DNA from: Cyanophora paradoxa CCMP329
Lineage: Eukaryota > Plantae > Glaucophyta
Length of the DNA stretch: 64,000 nt
Assembly: GCA_004431415.1 (NCBI GenBank)
Contig: QPMI01000288.1
Coordinates: 1 to 64,000 of the forward strand
Direction of reading: 5' to 3'
Made by a program: the position numbers and the translations under genes. Below are positions 12,001 through 24,000 of the stretch, one piece after another. The notes beneath the pieces are model-generated. The model saw only the letters and a program-made list of their open reading frames with translations, was not told where the DNA came from and searched no databases. Numbering within the stretch: the first letter of the stretch is position 1; each line of letters opens with the position of its first letter.

Positions 12001-12665
12001 GGAACGGCGGTACGGCCGGGTTCGCCGGTCGCGGCGCTGGAGCGGGGGCGGGCTTCGGAGGCCCTCTAGATCTGCTGTGCGGTCCTTCCTCCGAAGTGTC
12101 GTCGCTGCTGGTGATGACGATGGGCACGGGCTTCTCGGGCGAGGCCTCCCGCCTGCGCCGAGATGAGAGGCCGGCGCGCTGCCGCGCGGAGCCGGCGCAC
12201 GGTCGGGCGGATGGGGTAAACGGCGAGGCGGTCGAGTGCGGAGCGGCGGCCTTGAGCGGGGCGGCAGGCGTGAGCGGGGCTGCGGGCACGAGCGGCGGCG
12301 CGTCCTCCATCTCGACTTCCTGGGACGCTGGAGGGTCCGCCTCCGACATTTCCACCTCCGGCGAGCAGGCGTCAGCATCAAAGTCGGGCGTGCGCTGCAA
12401 CGGGTGTTCGGGTGCCGAAGGTGCCGAGCCCGCGTTCTGCGGGGGGGTCGCTGGCGCAGAGTTGAATGTTCTCGCTGCGAGGGGCGACTGCGAAGATGCG
12501 GCCGGGGAGCCCGAGGCGACCGACATACTCGACTGCGATGAAGGAGAGGGACGAGAACCGCTCGCCGCTGGCGACCCGCTAGCGGCGCCCTTGGGCGAGA
12601 AAAAAAGCCTGGATCGTGCGCTGTCCGGGAGGCAGCGCGGCCTCCTTCTTCGTCTTCGGGGCCAT
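9020..12665 (-). CDS. SLF2/FAM178-like (CANIN domain, SMC5/6 loader family) protein with N-terminal PIP box; 3' end approximate; apparent frameshift at 12600-12606
   Basis: N-terminus MAPKTKKEAALPPGQRTIQAFF(SPK), a long disordered region, then YTLDALVKEHRRKKE, CPAPLLQWLFS and WLPSAADFLAALAAHG, which resemble SLF2/FAM178 motifs as I recall them (L..LVKE, CP.P.L.WLF, W.PS..D......G). Confidence 0.65.
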
Positions 12666-12746
12666 CGCTTCGCAGACTGCCGGAATCGCCACAATTCGAA
12701 ACACTCCTCTGTACCCCCCTCAGTTTTCGAAAAACTTTGGCGCGCT
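12666..12746. promoter_or_regulatory. Putative 81-bp bidirectional promoter/5' UTR region between the SLF2-like gene and MSH2
   Basis: Divergent ATGs at 12665 (-) and 12747 (+) with a locally AT-richer spacer. Confidence 0.6.
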
Positions 12747-15700
12747 ATGCCGAAGAAGGCCACGGACGCTAAGAAGGCTGCGGAGGAGGTGCAAGATGAG
12801 CCAAATGAGCAAAGCGACGCGGAGGAGGAGTCGAACGAGAAGATCACGCTCAACCTCGGTCCGCCCCGTGGTCCCGCGGCCCCGAACGTGCTTACGCATC
12901 GCAACAGACTCCAAGGCGGAGCAGGCGCTGCTCACAGCCATGCGGGGCCAGAGCTCGGCGGGCGCCGTGCAGTTCGTCTTCCAGCGGGTGAGCGGGATGG
13001 ACCGCGGGCGTGGCGCCGGCCTCACGCGCTGGTGCACACGCAGGAATACTACTCGGTCCACGGGGAAACGGCGCGTTACATCGCTCTCGAGTACTACAAG
13101 ACGACCAGCGTTTTGAAGTACATGGGCAGCGGCCCTGCGGGGCCTCGTGGTGCGTGTTCCTACTCTACGGTCGGTCGGCGGCAGACGCTTAGCTGTGCTG
13201 CGAACGACAGGAGGCGCCCGCGGCGTGCAGACGAAGGCGCCGAGCGCGGCGGCGCAGGGCGAGGTCTACGTCGCCGTCTCGAAGGCGATGTTCGAGACGA
13301 TCGTGCGGGACCTGCTTCTGAACAAGAACCGCGCCGTGGAGCTCTGGGACCAGCGCGCCGGCTCGAACTCCTGGTTCTGCAAGAAGACTGTGCGCAGCGC
13401 TCCCGCGCTACCTCGGCGGGCCTCACGCGAAGGCGCAGGCTTCACCGGGGGATGTGCACAGCTTCGAGGACATCATCTTTAAGAACACGGATCTGGAGGA
13501 GTCGCCTATCATCTGCGCCGTCCGGCTTGCGAACGACGGCGCGAACCGCGTGCGCAGCAACGCCGTCGCCGGCGCTGCCGCGGGGCGCCCCGCGCGACGC
13601 GCTTGGGGCGCAGGTGGTGGGTGTTGGCTACGCGGACACGATCTTGAAGGTCCTTGGCGTCGCCGAGTTCAACGACACCGAGCACTTCTCGAACCTCGAG
13701 GCGCCCACCCCGCCTTCCCCTTCTTCCTCTCCTCCTCCCCTTTCTTATCCCGGGGCCCGGGCGGTGCAGAGCTGCCTGATCCAGCTCGGCGCCCGCGAGT
13801 GCATCCTCTGTCAGAAGGACTGCACGGCGATGGAGCTCGAGAAGATCCAGGCGCGCCGGGCGTCCCTCCTCGACCCCCCAGGGCCGCGCTGGCCCGGGTC
13901 AACGTGCTCGCCCGCGCAGGACGTGCTGAAGCGCTGCAATGTGGTGGCGGCCGACCGCCCCAAGGGTGCGCGGGGCGGCGCCGCCCGCTCGGCCCTCGCC
14001 TGAGCTCCTCGTGGCAGCGGACTTCGCGGGGAAGGACCTGGAGCAGGACCTGAAGCGCCTCGTCGGCGAGGACAACTACCACACCATCGGTGCCTCCGCG
14101 CCCGCTATCCCCCGCCACCCCCCATCCCGATGCCGCCAAGGAGATGCGCGCCGCGGGCTCACTGAGAGGGAGCTCTGACTGCTCTTGCGACGCCGCAGCG
14201 GAGACGACGCACAAGCACGCCATGTCGGCCGTCTCGTGCCTCATCAAGAGCCTCGAGGCGCGCCCGACGCGGACCGTCGCCGGCGAGCGCCCCGCGCTGA
14301 CGGCTGCGCAGCTCATGGCCGACGACTCCTCGCACGGCCACTTCCGCATGACCTCCCTCCGCCTCGAGAAGTGCGTTCCCCTCCCTTTCTTGTCTTTTCT
14401 TTTCCTTTCCTTTCCGTTCCTTTCCTTTCCTTTCCTTTCCTCTTCTGTCCTTTCTACTCAATACGCCGCGCCGCAGGTTTATGCGTCTCGACTCTGCTGC
14501 CGTCCGCGCCCTGAACCTCCTCCCCGCTCCCGGCGACGGTGCGGGGTCCCTCCCTCGAGCCGCGCAGCCTCGGGCGAGGCGGCGCACCCCGCAGCTAACA
14601 AGAACATGTGCCTGTACGGCATCCTGAACAAGTGCAAGACGCCGATGGGCTCCCGCATGCTCATGACTTGGCTCAAGCAGCCGCTCCTTGACGCCGAGGA
14701 GATCCGTGCGGGGCCCCTCACTCGCTGCTTGCCGCGCGGCCTCACGGGGGGCGCTGGGGGCGGGCAGGGCGGCGGCACGACGTCGTGCAGGTCTTCTACG
14801 ACGACCCCGTCTTCCGCCAGTCCCTCCTCGTGCGATCCGCGGCCCATGGCGAATCCGACCCGGCAGCGGGCCCGCTCCGCTCACCCGTCTCTGCTGCAGG
14901 AGAGCGTCGTGCGGCGGGTGCCGGACCTCGGCCGCATGGCGAAGAAGTTCCAGCGCGGCAAGGGCGGCATTCAGGCGAGCGGCGCTGCGCGCCCCTGCCT
15001 CGCGGGCGGCGGCAAGAGAATGTATGCCGGCACGAGTTCGTCGTGCGGCTGACAGGGCGGGGGACCGGCAGGACATTGTGCGGCTGTACGAGTTCGTCGT
15101 GTGGGTGCTCCCCAACATGGTCGAGCACCTCGTGCGCCCCTTTCCCTTCCCCGCACCATCCTTCGTCTCGCCTGATAGAGATCCGCAGCGGGGGTACACC
15201 GGCGCCGGCGCCGAGCTCCTCCACTCCCGATACGCCGACCGTCTCCAGGAGTGCGTACCCCGATTTCCTGTTTCCTTTCTCTCTCTGTAACCCCCTCGAC
15301 CCCCGCCCCGCAGGTCCATCGACAACTTCGAGCAGTTCGTAGCGATGGTAGAGACGAGCGTGGACCTCGGTACCCCCCCCCCCCCCCCGCCCTGACGGAC
15401 TCCAGTTTCCGCCCCTTCCCGCCTCACTCGCACCCGCAGACGCGGTGAAGGACCACGAGTACAACATTTCGGCGAAGTGGGACCCGAAGTTGGAGGAGAT
15501 CAAAAAGCGGAAGGAGAAGCTTCGCCGCCAGATCTACGAGGTCCCATCCCCTGTTCCTCCCCCCTGCCCCCATCTTCGTACCCCCCCGACACCCCGGGGG
15601 TAGTCTATGCCGAACGAGGTCGCGGACGACCTCGGCATTGACGCGAAGAAGGTAGTACCCCCGCCGCCCGCCCCGCCCCGGCCTCCGCCCCCCGCCCCCT

Positions 15701-18196
15701 GACCGTCGGCGCTTCGCCGGCAGGTGAGCATCGAGCACACAGACTCGCAGGGGTACCACCTCCGCGTCCCCAAGACGGTGCCCGCGCGGCGCCCTGCGCC
15801 TCAACGCCGCGCCGCCGTCGCGGGGCCGAGGGCGACCCCGCGGGCCCGCGCAGTGCCAGAAGAGCATCACAGGGAACCCCAGCTACCACCAGGTGCCCAG
15901 CCACCGCCGCAGCGCAGGCGCCTGCAGCCCCGCGGGGGGCGTGACGCGCGAGCAGATCCAGGCGCTGAAGGCGGGCATCAAGTTCACCTCCAAGAAGATG
16001 AAGGTGCCTGCCCCGCGCCCCGACCCCGCCTCCCCCTCCCCGCCCCCTGGCCTTCTCCCGCCCCCCGACGATCAATGTCTCGAGGGGCGCCCGCTGGAGC
16101 CTGCGGCGGGGCGGGAGGCGGGTGGTGACGTGGGGGGCGGGGCGGGCAGGGGCTTTCGACGGAGTACACGGCGGCGTGCGCCGAGTACAGCGAGAAGCAG
16201 GCCAGCCTCGTCGCCCGCGCCGTCGAGATCGCAGGCACCCCCCCCCCCCCCCGGCCCCCCCCCCCCCCCCCCCGCGCACCGGCCTCCCCGGGCGAGCCGG
16301 CGGGGCGCAGCGAGCTACGTGCCGGTGATGGAGGAGTGCACGGCGCTCGTCTCGGAGCTCGACGTGCTGCTCGCCTTCGCGGTCGTCGCCGCGAGCGCCG
16401 CGACGCCCTACGTCCGCCCCGCCGTCACGGGCCTCGGCGAGGGCGGCGCCGTCGACCTCGTCGCCTGCAGGTGCGCCCTCCCCGCCCCACGTCCCCCGCC
16501 CCGCCTCGCTCTGTGCCCGCTCAGCCCCCTCCAGGCACCCCGTGATGGAGGCGCTCGACGACATGGGGCGCGGCTTCATCCCCAACGACGTCCGCCTCGT
16601 CCCGGGTACACCTGTATTCCTCGTCTCTCCCGCCTGCCGCCCCCGCGCCGACGGGGGCCCCCAGGCGAGAGCACCTTCCAGATTGTGACGGGGCCTAACA
16701 TGGGCGGCAAGTCCACCTACATCCGCATGGTACCCCTCCCTCCTCTCCATCGCTCGACCCCCGGAGAGCCTCACTGTACCCAGGCCGGCGTGGTGGTCCT
16801 TATGGCTCAGGTCGGCTCCTTCGTGCCTTGCGAGCGCGCCGAGGTCCGCCCCCGTACCCCGGGCCCGAGTCGCCCCCCCGTGACGTGGCGTATTCCAGGT
16901 CTCCGTACGCGACTGCATCCTCGCCCGCGTCGGCGCCGGCGACTCGCAGGTGCACCGCACCCCCGCGCGACACTCGTGCGGTACCCCCACACGCCCCGTT
17001 CCTTCTCCCCGCAGCTGCGCGGCGTCTCGACGTTCATGTCCGAGATGCTCGAGACTGCCGCCATCCTCAAGGTACCCCCCCCCCCCGCTCGCCCCCTCAT
17101 GTACCCCTCCTCTTCTCATTACTGCGTTTAGACCGCGACGGACCGGTCACTGGTCATCGTCGACGAGCTGGGGAGGGGTACGTCGACGTACGACGGCTTC
17201 GGCCTGGCGTGGGCAATCTCGGAGTGAGAGGCCCTTCCCTCCCGTGGGCGCCCGAAGAGGCCGGGGCCTGAAAAATAGCGCGTACCCGGCAGGCACCTGG
17301 TGCAGGAGGTGCGGGCGATGTGCCTCTTCGCGACGCACTTCCACGAGCTGACGGCCCTCGAGGCGAGCGATCCTCTTCCCCGCCGCCTGCCTCCCCGCGC
17401 CTGAGGCCGCCCCCCGCACCCGCGCCCGCCCCCTGCAGGGCACGCTCCCCGGGGTCGTCAACTACCACGTGACGGCGCACACCGAGAACAACACCCTCAC
17501 CATGCTGTCCGCCCCCGCGCCCCGCTCCCGCCGCCTCCCTGACCGCAGGGTGGGGCAGATACCGGGTGCGGAAGGGCCCGTGCGACCAGAGCTTCGGCAT
17601 CCACGTGGCCGAGCTCGTCCACTTCCCCGACTCCGTCATCCAGGCGCGCGCTCGCGGCCTGGCAGCGGAGGCGGGCCCCCTCTGAAGGCTCGCGCGCCGC
17701 GCAGCTGGCGAAGAGGAAGGCGCGGGAGCTCGAGACCTTCGAGGCGGCCGCCCAGCCCGAGGCCCCGCACGCCGGTGCGCCCCGCCCCCGCCCCGCCCCC
17801 GCCCCCGCCCCGCGCTCACGTCCGGACGCTGCCGCCTCGTCGCCGGCAGAGGCGACGCCGTCGAAGCGGCGGAGGAGAGAGGAGCTCTCCGCAGACGAGA
17901 AGGCGCCGGCCTGCGCGCGGGGCGGCCTCGGTGCGCCTCTGAGGGGGCGTGGCGGGCGCAGGCGGCGGGGCGGGGGGCGATGGAGCGGTTCGTGCGGGGC
18001 CTGCTGGCGCTCGGGGCCGAGGCCGGCGCCCTCTCCGACGACGACCTCCTCCGCACCGTCTCCAAGCTCAAGGCGCCCCGCCCCGCCCCGCCCCGAGCCC
18101 CCGCCCCGCCTCACCGCCGGCCCGGCCGCGCAGGCGGAGGTGGACCGCGAGGCGGCCGGCAACGCCTACGTGCGCGACGTCCTCGCCCTCGCCTAG
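12747..18196 (+). CDS. MSH2: DNA mismatch repair protein MSH2, about 38 exons
   Basis: [162 protein letters not shown]. Confidence 0.98.
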
Positions 18197-18769
18197 GGGC
18201 CCCCCGCCCCCCGGCCCCCGCCCCCGAGCCCCCAGCGCCTGCAGCCCGCATGCGCCCCGGCACTCCCCTTCCCCCGCCCCTCGCTTCCCTCATTCCGACT
18301 GTTAGTACCCTAATCATGTTTTTGTACCGAGAAAAAGCTTTTTAAGCTTGCTACCGCTTGCTACCGTGCTGTACGACTAACTCTCATAGCGTCGGCTCCT
18401 ACTCACGATAACACCTCCTAGGCAAATTAAAAAAAATCATGAATATAGGCTCGGAATTGAACTCGGAATTCGAAGCCTTGCTAGCCCTTTAAAACAATTA
18501 AGGGGGGACACTCAGCGACTAGCCTGATATTACTAAGTTTCTTTGCTACGAACATAGCGGTGTGGTTATCATACACGCTTTTCATGTCATGCCTTCCGTG
18601 TTCGAATCGCCCTGCGATGAGAACCACGTCTTCGAATCCCGCCCGTTCCACATAATTCCGATCGATCATGCCCCACCTTGCCTGTACACGCCCCCACAGT
18701 GCTGGAGTAGATTAGAGGCTGTGGCCGGTAATTCACCAAAAAAAAAAAAACTTGAAATCACACACAAAT

Positions 18770-20579
18770 TGCAAGGGGGGGTACCCCCTCCCTTGCTCCC
18801 CTGCAGCTGGTGAATTAATATTGGTGCGGCGTACTTTCTGTGTTAGCAATTTTTGTAAGATGCGATTCTTTGCATGCGCTCTCGTATAGGCGTGATCACA
18901 TCGTAGCCGCTGCGAGAGGCGGAAAAAAATGCAAGGGCGGGGCTGCGCAAACATGTCGAGCTCGCGCCTCACCTGCTATCGCTATATGCGCCAAACCACG
19001 TGCACCTGAATGCTCTCAATGCGCTCTACAAACTCTGTCATACATGCCTTGGCTCTAGAAGCGGCGCGTGGCTCGCTAGGCCGCCTCAAGTACCTGTTGT
19101 ACCGGGCGCCGAAAAAAGCGCTCCTGCGAGTTCAGGGGATATCGTGTTGCAGTACCCGGCCAGATAGCCCCCCCATAGCCTTGAACCGGGTACGCGTCAC
19201 CCGGCCCTTCGCCCGGGTCCGCGGACGACAAACGTAGTCGCAAGCGAAGGTCAGCTTTGCTCGAGCCCCATCGCAGCCGCTTGGCTGCCATACTGGCGGC
19301 AAATGCACTCGCTGCGCATGCTGGAAGCACTTCGCTCGACCGGACACGTTGGCACGTGAGAGAGTGCAGAAAGAAGGCGCCCACTACGCAGCGTCACGGC
19401 GTTCCGGTGCGCGCCCGGCTGCGTCGCGGCCTCGAGCTCGGCCTATAGCTACGCTCACGGTTTCTAGATCTGACGGACTCCGGTTCAAGCAGACTTCAGC
19501 TCGGCGTTGTCATTCTCTTCAAGCACAAGAACCTGCACAAGCACGTTCGTCAGTGCCGGAAGAAGGCGCCCGCGACGCCGCCTTCCGGTGCGCGCCGCTT
19601 GCAATTGGCCGAGGCCGCGCCGATGGTTCTGCAGCTGCAGCTGACTGCCGGCGCCTTTCGCCCGCCGACCGCAGATCCGAGCTTCAGCAGCAGCAACCTC
19701 TGACGCGTGGCCATGGGTCTGGCCTCGCCTCTAGCAGCAGCCTCTAGCAGCAGCAGCCTCGCCGGCGCCTGGCCTCTAGCAGCAGCCTCTAGCAGCAGCA
19801 GCCTCGCCTGGCCTCTAGCAGCAGCCTCTCACGCGTGGGCACGTTGTCGGAGTGAACCTGCATCTGCCATATTGGTCTGCATCGGCCCGCGCGCGCCACG
19901 CTGCCCTCGCGCACCGATGCCGGCGCCATGCAGCCGGCGGCAGGCTCGAGAGACAAGTGACGGCGCGGCTCGACGGGCGGGGCGGGAGCGCGGCGGGCTG
20001 GGTGCGGCTCGCCGGTCAAGCATGCGCATGCGCAGGCTATGAACAGGGCGCGGCGCCACTGCGGCCACCTGCCGCCGCTCCGCCCGCTTCCTCGCCCGCC
20101 GCCCCGCCGGCTGCTTCAACTTCGTCGACTCCAGGTTCGCCACGCCGCTGCTGCTGCGCACCTGACCCGGCCGACCCCGCTGGGCCCTGCCCCCGCATAG
20201 TCGCTGTCCAGGGAGAGCTGACGTCGGCTCTGCGCATGCGCAGGCTAAGTGCATCCCACTGCCTCTCAGACTCTCCTCCCACTTTCACGCCCGCCGCCGC
20301 CCTCGCCTGTCCGCCGCCGCCGCTCGCCACCCCTGCCCGCCTCGCCACCCCACCCAGGCCCGTCCGCCCGCCCGCCTCTCTGACCCCGCACCCCCCCCCC
20401 CCCCCCCTTCCCCCTCCCCCGCCCCGGCGCCCGCCTCGCCCGGCCGCCCGCCTCGCGTCTCTGCCCCCCCCCCCCCCCCCCTCTCAAGACCCCTGCAATG
20501 TGCACAAGTACCCCCCCTTGCACCTCCGCGCGCGGCCTGTACTTGCCGCACTTGCGCACGGCCGGGCGCGGTCTGCTAG
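18770..20579 (+). mobile_element. Non-autonomous Helitron2/Helentron-like rolling-circle element
   Basis: Perfect 15-bp asymmetric inverted repeats TGCAAGGGGGGGTAC (18770-18784) and GTACCCCCCCTTGCA (20508-20522); 5'-terminal hairpin GCAAGGG...CCCTTGC; GC-rich hairpin after the right repeat; ends CTAG; T on both flanks; no target-site duplication or Rep/helicase ORF seen. Confidence 0.7.
19727..19829. repeat. Short tandem repeat of GCCTCTAGCAGCAG (about 5 copies) inside the putative Helitron2
   Basis: Directly visible repeated gcctctagcagcagc units. Confidence 0.85.
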
Positions 20580-21018
20580 TTAAACGTTAGGCCTGAAGGG
20601 TACTAATACTATTCAATGATTCCACGTGCACTGGACACGGCTGCTAAGTTGCCAAGTTGCAAAGATAAAAGTTAAGTTGCCACAATTCGATTAGCAAAAC
20701 CAAAAATAGAACTGTCACTTACTTAAAAAAAATTTGACGACGCTTTGAGCGCCTAGCTAAATATCAACCACTGCACTGTACTCAGTTCAGTATACAGAGC
20801 GCCAAAACCCTGAGGTGCGCGGAGCGCCGGTGGCGCAGGATTTTGAAGATTGCTGGCCGCCGGGCCACTGGGCCAGTACTCGAGCTGAACAGCACACCGT
20901 ACAAGGGATCAGTCCTGGCCAAGATGAGATGAGGCTGGTCGCTCCAAAACTGGTGTGCGGACGCTCACGGATCGATCAGGGCGTCGCTGCGGGGTGGCTC
21001 TGCGGGGCTCCCGCACGC

Positions 21019-24000
21019 TCAGGGTGCGGTGCGGGGGCGGGGGGGGGGGAGGGCGGGGCGGACGGCGGGGTCGGGGAGGGAGGCGAGGAGCGCCCCGAAG
21101 TCGACCTTGCGGCACGGCTTCCCCACGAAGCGCGCGAAGCCTGCCGCCCCGGCGCCCCCCTCGAGGCCGCCCCCGCCCTCTCCCGGAGCGGGCGGCGCGC
21201 ACCGGCCGCCTCGCACTTCTGGCGCGTCTGCTCCCCCGCGCACGCCGTCCAGGCGACCAGCACGGGCGCCGGCCGCCCGTGCCGCAGCGCGAGCAGCTGG
21301 ATCTGCGGGGGCCGGGGTGAGGGCGGCGCCGGGAGGCGGGTGGGCGCGGGGGCGGGCCTCGGAGGCGGCCTCGAGGCCCGTGAGGCGCGGCATCTGAAGG
21401 TCTGCGGCGGGGGCCGTCAGCGCGGGCGAGGGGGCGCTCGAGGCGGGGGGCACCGAGGATGACGAGGTCGTGCGGCGCCTCCTCCCGCAGCGCCGCCCGA
21501 AGCGCTCCACTGCGCCCCGTCCGCCCCGTCCCGCCCCGCTCGCCCCGCGAGGCGGCGCGGGGCGGCGCGGCGCGGGGGCGGACCGGCGTCGAGGCCGTCG
21601 CGGGCCTCCTCGACGGCGGCGACGCCGAGGCTCGCGAGGAGCTTCGAGGCGAGCATCCGGTTCACCTGCTCCCCAGCTCAGCGACCCGCGCCCCAGTGGC
21701 GGGCGCGAGGGGCCGGCGGGCGCGCCTGCTCGTCGTCCGCAAGCAGCACGCGGCACGCGTGGCGCGCCGGCGCCGGCGCAGGCGGCCCCTCCGCCCCCTC
21801 GCCACCGCCCGCCCCGCCCCGGGGCGCCAGGCGCGCCGGGGGCGGGGGCGAGGGCGAGGCGCCGCCGAGGGCGTCGCGGGGGCTCGAGGGGCTGCCGCTG
21901 CCGCCGAGGACGGCCGGGGAGGAGGGGCGGCGCCCGATGCGCCAGCCCCAGACGGCGGAGGCGCCCGAGGCGACGGTGCGCGCGTGCGGCTCGGCGGCCG
22001 AGGCGCGGCGCGGCTGCCGCGGCCCCGCCCCGCCTCCTCGCGCCCGGGGAAGACCTCGCCCGCCTCGCCAGGGCTCCCAGCGCCTCCCGGCTGCCCCGCC
22101 GCCCGCCAGGCCCGAGGCGGCGCCCTCGCCGGCCGCCCCAGCCCGCGCCCCCCGCAGGCGAGCCCAGCGAGCGGCGGGGCGGCGGCGGCGGCGGCCGGCA
22201 TCGTCGGAGCCGAGGCTGAGGCCGGCAGGCGCGGGGCGGAGGAGGCCCTCCCGAGCCGGGGGCCGGGGGAAGAGGCCGCCGGGGGCGAGCGGGGGCGCCT
22301 CCCTGGGCGGGTCGGGGCCGGGGCGGGGGCCTCCGGGTGGGGTGGCGGGCGGTGATGAGGGGCAGGAGGGCGGAGGCGGTGCGGGATGCGGCGGGGGCCC
22401 CGGCGCCTCCTCCACGCGAGCCACCCGCTCGCCGCGCGTCGGCGTGAGGGCGCCCGGCCCCAGCGCGAAGAGCGCCCCCGCCGAGGCGGCCGGGGCGGGG
22501 AGGGGCGAGGCGAGGGGCGACATGGCCGGCGTCGCCATGCAGGAGAGCGTGCTCGGGGGCGTGCGCGGCCCCGCCCCGGGGCCCGCGCACCGGAGCCGGC
22601 GGAGCCCGAGGCGGGGCGTGGGCGGCGGCGGCGTGGGCGGCGTGAAGGGCGTAGTTGCCCGAGCGGCCGCGGAGGCGCTCGGTGCACCAGAGGAGGCAGA
22701 CGCCGTCGCGGAAGGCCGCCCGCTCCTCCCCAGCGGCTCGAAGGGGCGCCGCATCGCCGAGGCGCCCCGGCCCAGCCGGCCCCGACGACTGCGCACGCGC
22801 GGGGTGAGGGCCGCAAGGCGAGAGCAGCGGGGCGCGGGCGCACGAGGGTGGATGAGGCCGGCGAGGGCGGCACGGGGGCCCCGCGCCCCCCGAGGCGCTC
22901 GAGATCGCCGGCGAGGCGCACGGCGGCTGCCCCGCGCGCGCGCGATCAGCGCCCCGCGCCCCGGCGGGGGAAAGCACCCTCTCTTATTGTCCTCGTGCGC
23001 TCTTGCGGGCCAAGAGGGAAAGGGGGCGAGTGTATGCGTGGAGGTGGAGGGCCGGGGCGGGTGGCGGGTGGCGGGGCGGGGCGGGGCGGACGCAGGCGCG
23101 GAAGGCGTCGAGGTGCTCGTCGGGGCCGGCGTCCTCCAGCGGCACCGTGCACGTGAACGTCGACCTGCCCCGCCTGAGGCCCCCAGCCGGGGGGGGGCCC
23201 GGGGGAGGCGCCGCCCCGCGCACCCCTGCCCGAGGACCGAGCGGACGTCGATGCGGCCGCCGAGCTCCCGCACGAGCCCGTCCACGATCGCCAGGCCCAG
23301 CCTGCCGCCCCGCCGCCTCGGCTCAGCCCGCCGCCACCCCGCCCTTGGCGCCGCCTGGCGGCGGGCAGCATCGCCAGGGGGCGCACCCCGTGCCCTTGTT
23401 CTTGTTAAGCATCACGTCGCCGAGCTGCGAGAAGCGCTGGAAGACTGCGCCGGAGGGCGGCGTGAGGCAAGGCAGAGTCGAGGGCCTTCCGGCGGCGCCG
23501 CGCGGCGGGGCGGGGCGGCCGCTCGCGCACGTTTGGGGGCGTCCTCGGGCGCGATGCCCCGCCCCGTGTCCGCCACCGCCAGCGAGAGCCAAAGGCGGCG
23601 CCGCCCGGGGGCCCGGCGGCAGGCGGGGGCGGGAGCGCGGGGGCGGGGCGCGGGCGGGGAGGAGGAAGGGGCGCGGGAGGCGACGGGCTCGGGGTCGAGG
23701 GAGCCGGAGGAGGGGCGGGAGGAGGCCTCGGGATGGTCGGCTGCCGCGAGGCGAACGAGGCCGCCCGCGAGCGCAGCGCCGCCGCCGAGAGCCGCGCCAG
23801 CCGCGCCACCGCCGCCCCCGCGCCGCCCCGCCCCGCCCCGCCCCCGCCCCGCTCTCGCCCTCGGCCTGGGGCCCGCGCTGGGGCCGCGCTCGGTGCGCAG
23901 GGCCGGTGACGAGGGCGCAGAGACGGCCTCGCGCCCGCCGCGCCCCTCGGCGCTGCCGGCGGCGGCCGGGGCGGGCGCGGGGCGGGTGGAGAGAGAGGGC

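Noticed and set aside
12600-12606. Frameshifts suggesting pseudogenes or programmed frameshifting (also near 21497, about 29690 and 40280-40470)
   Set aside because: Most are single-base indels at homopolymer or GC runs in otherwise intact genes; assembly error is the simplest explanation.
12747-18196. Introner-type mobile introns
   Set aside because: The introns share composition, but I saw no near-identical intron sequences or consistent terminal repeats; an all-versus-all intron alignment would settle it.
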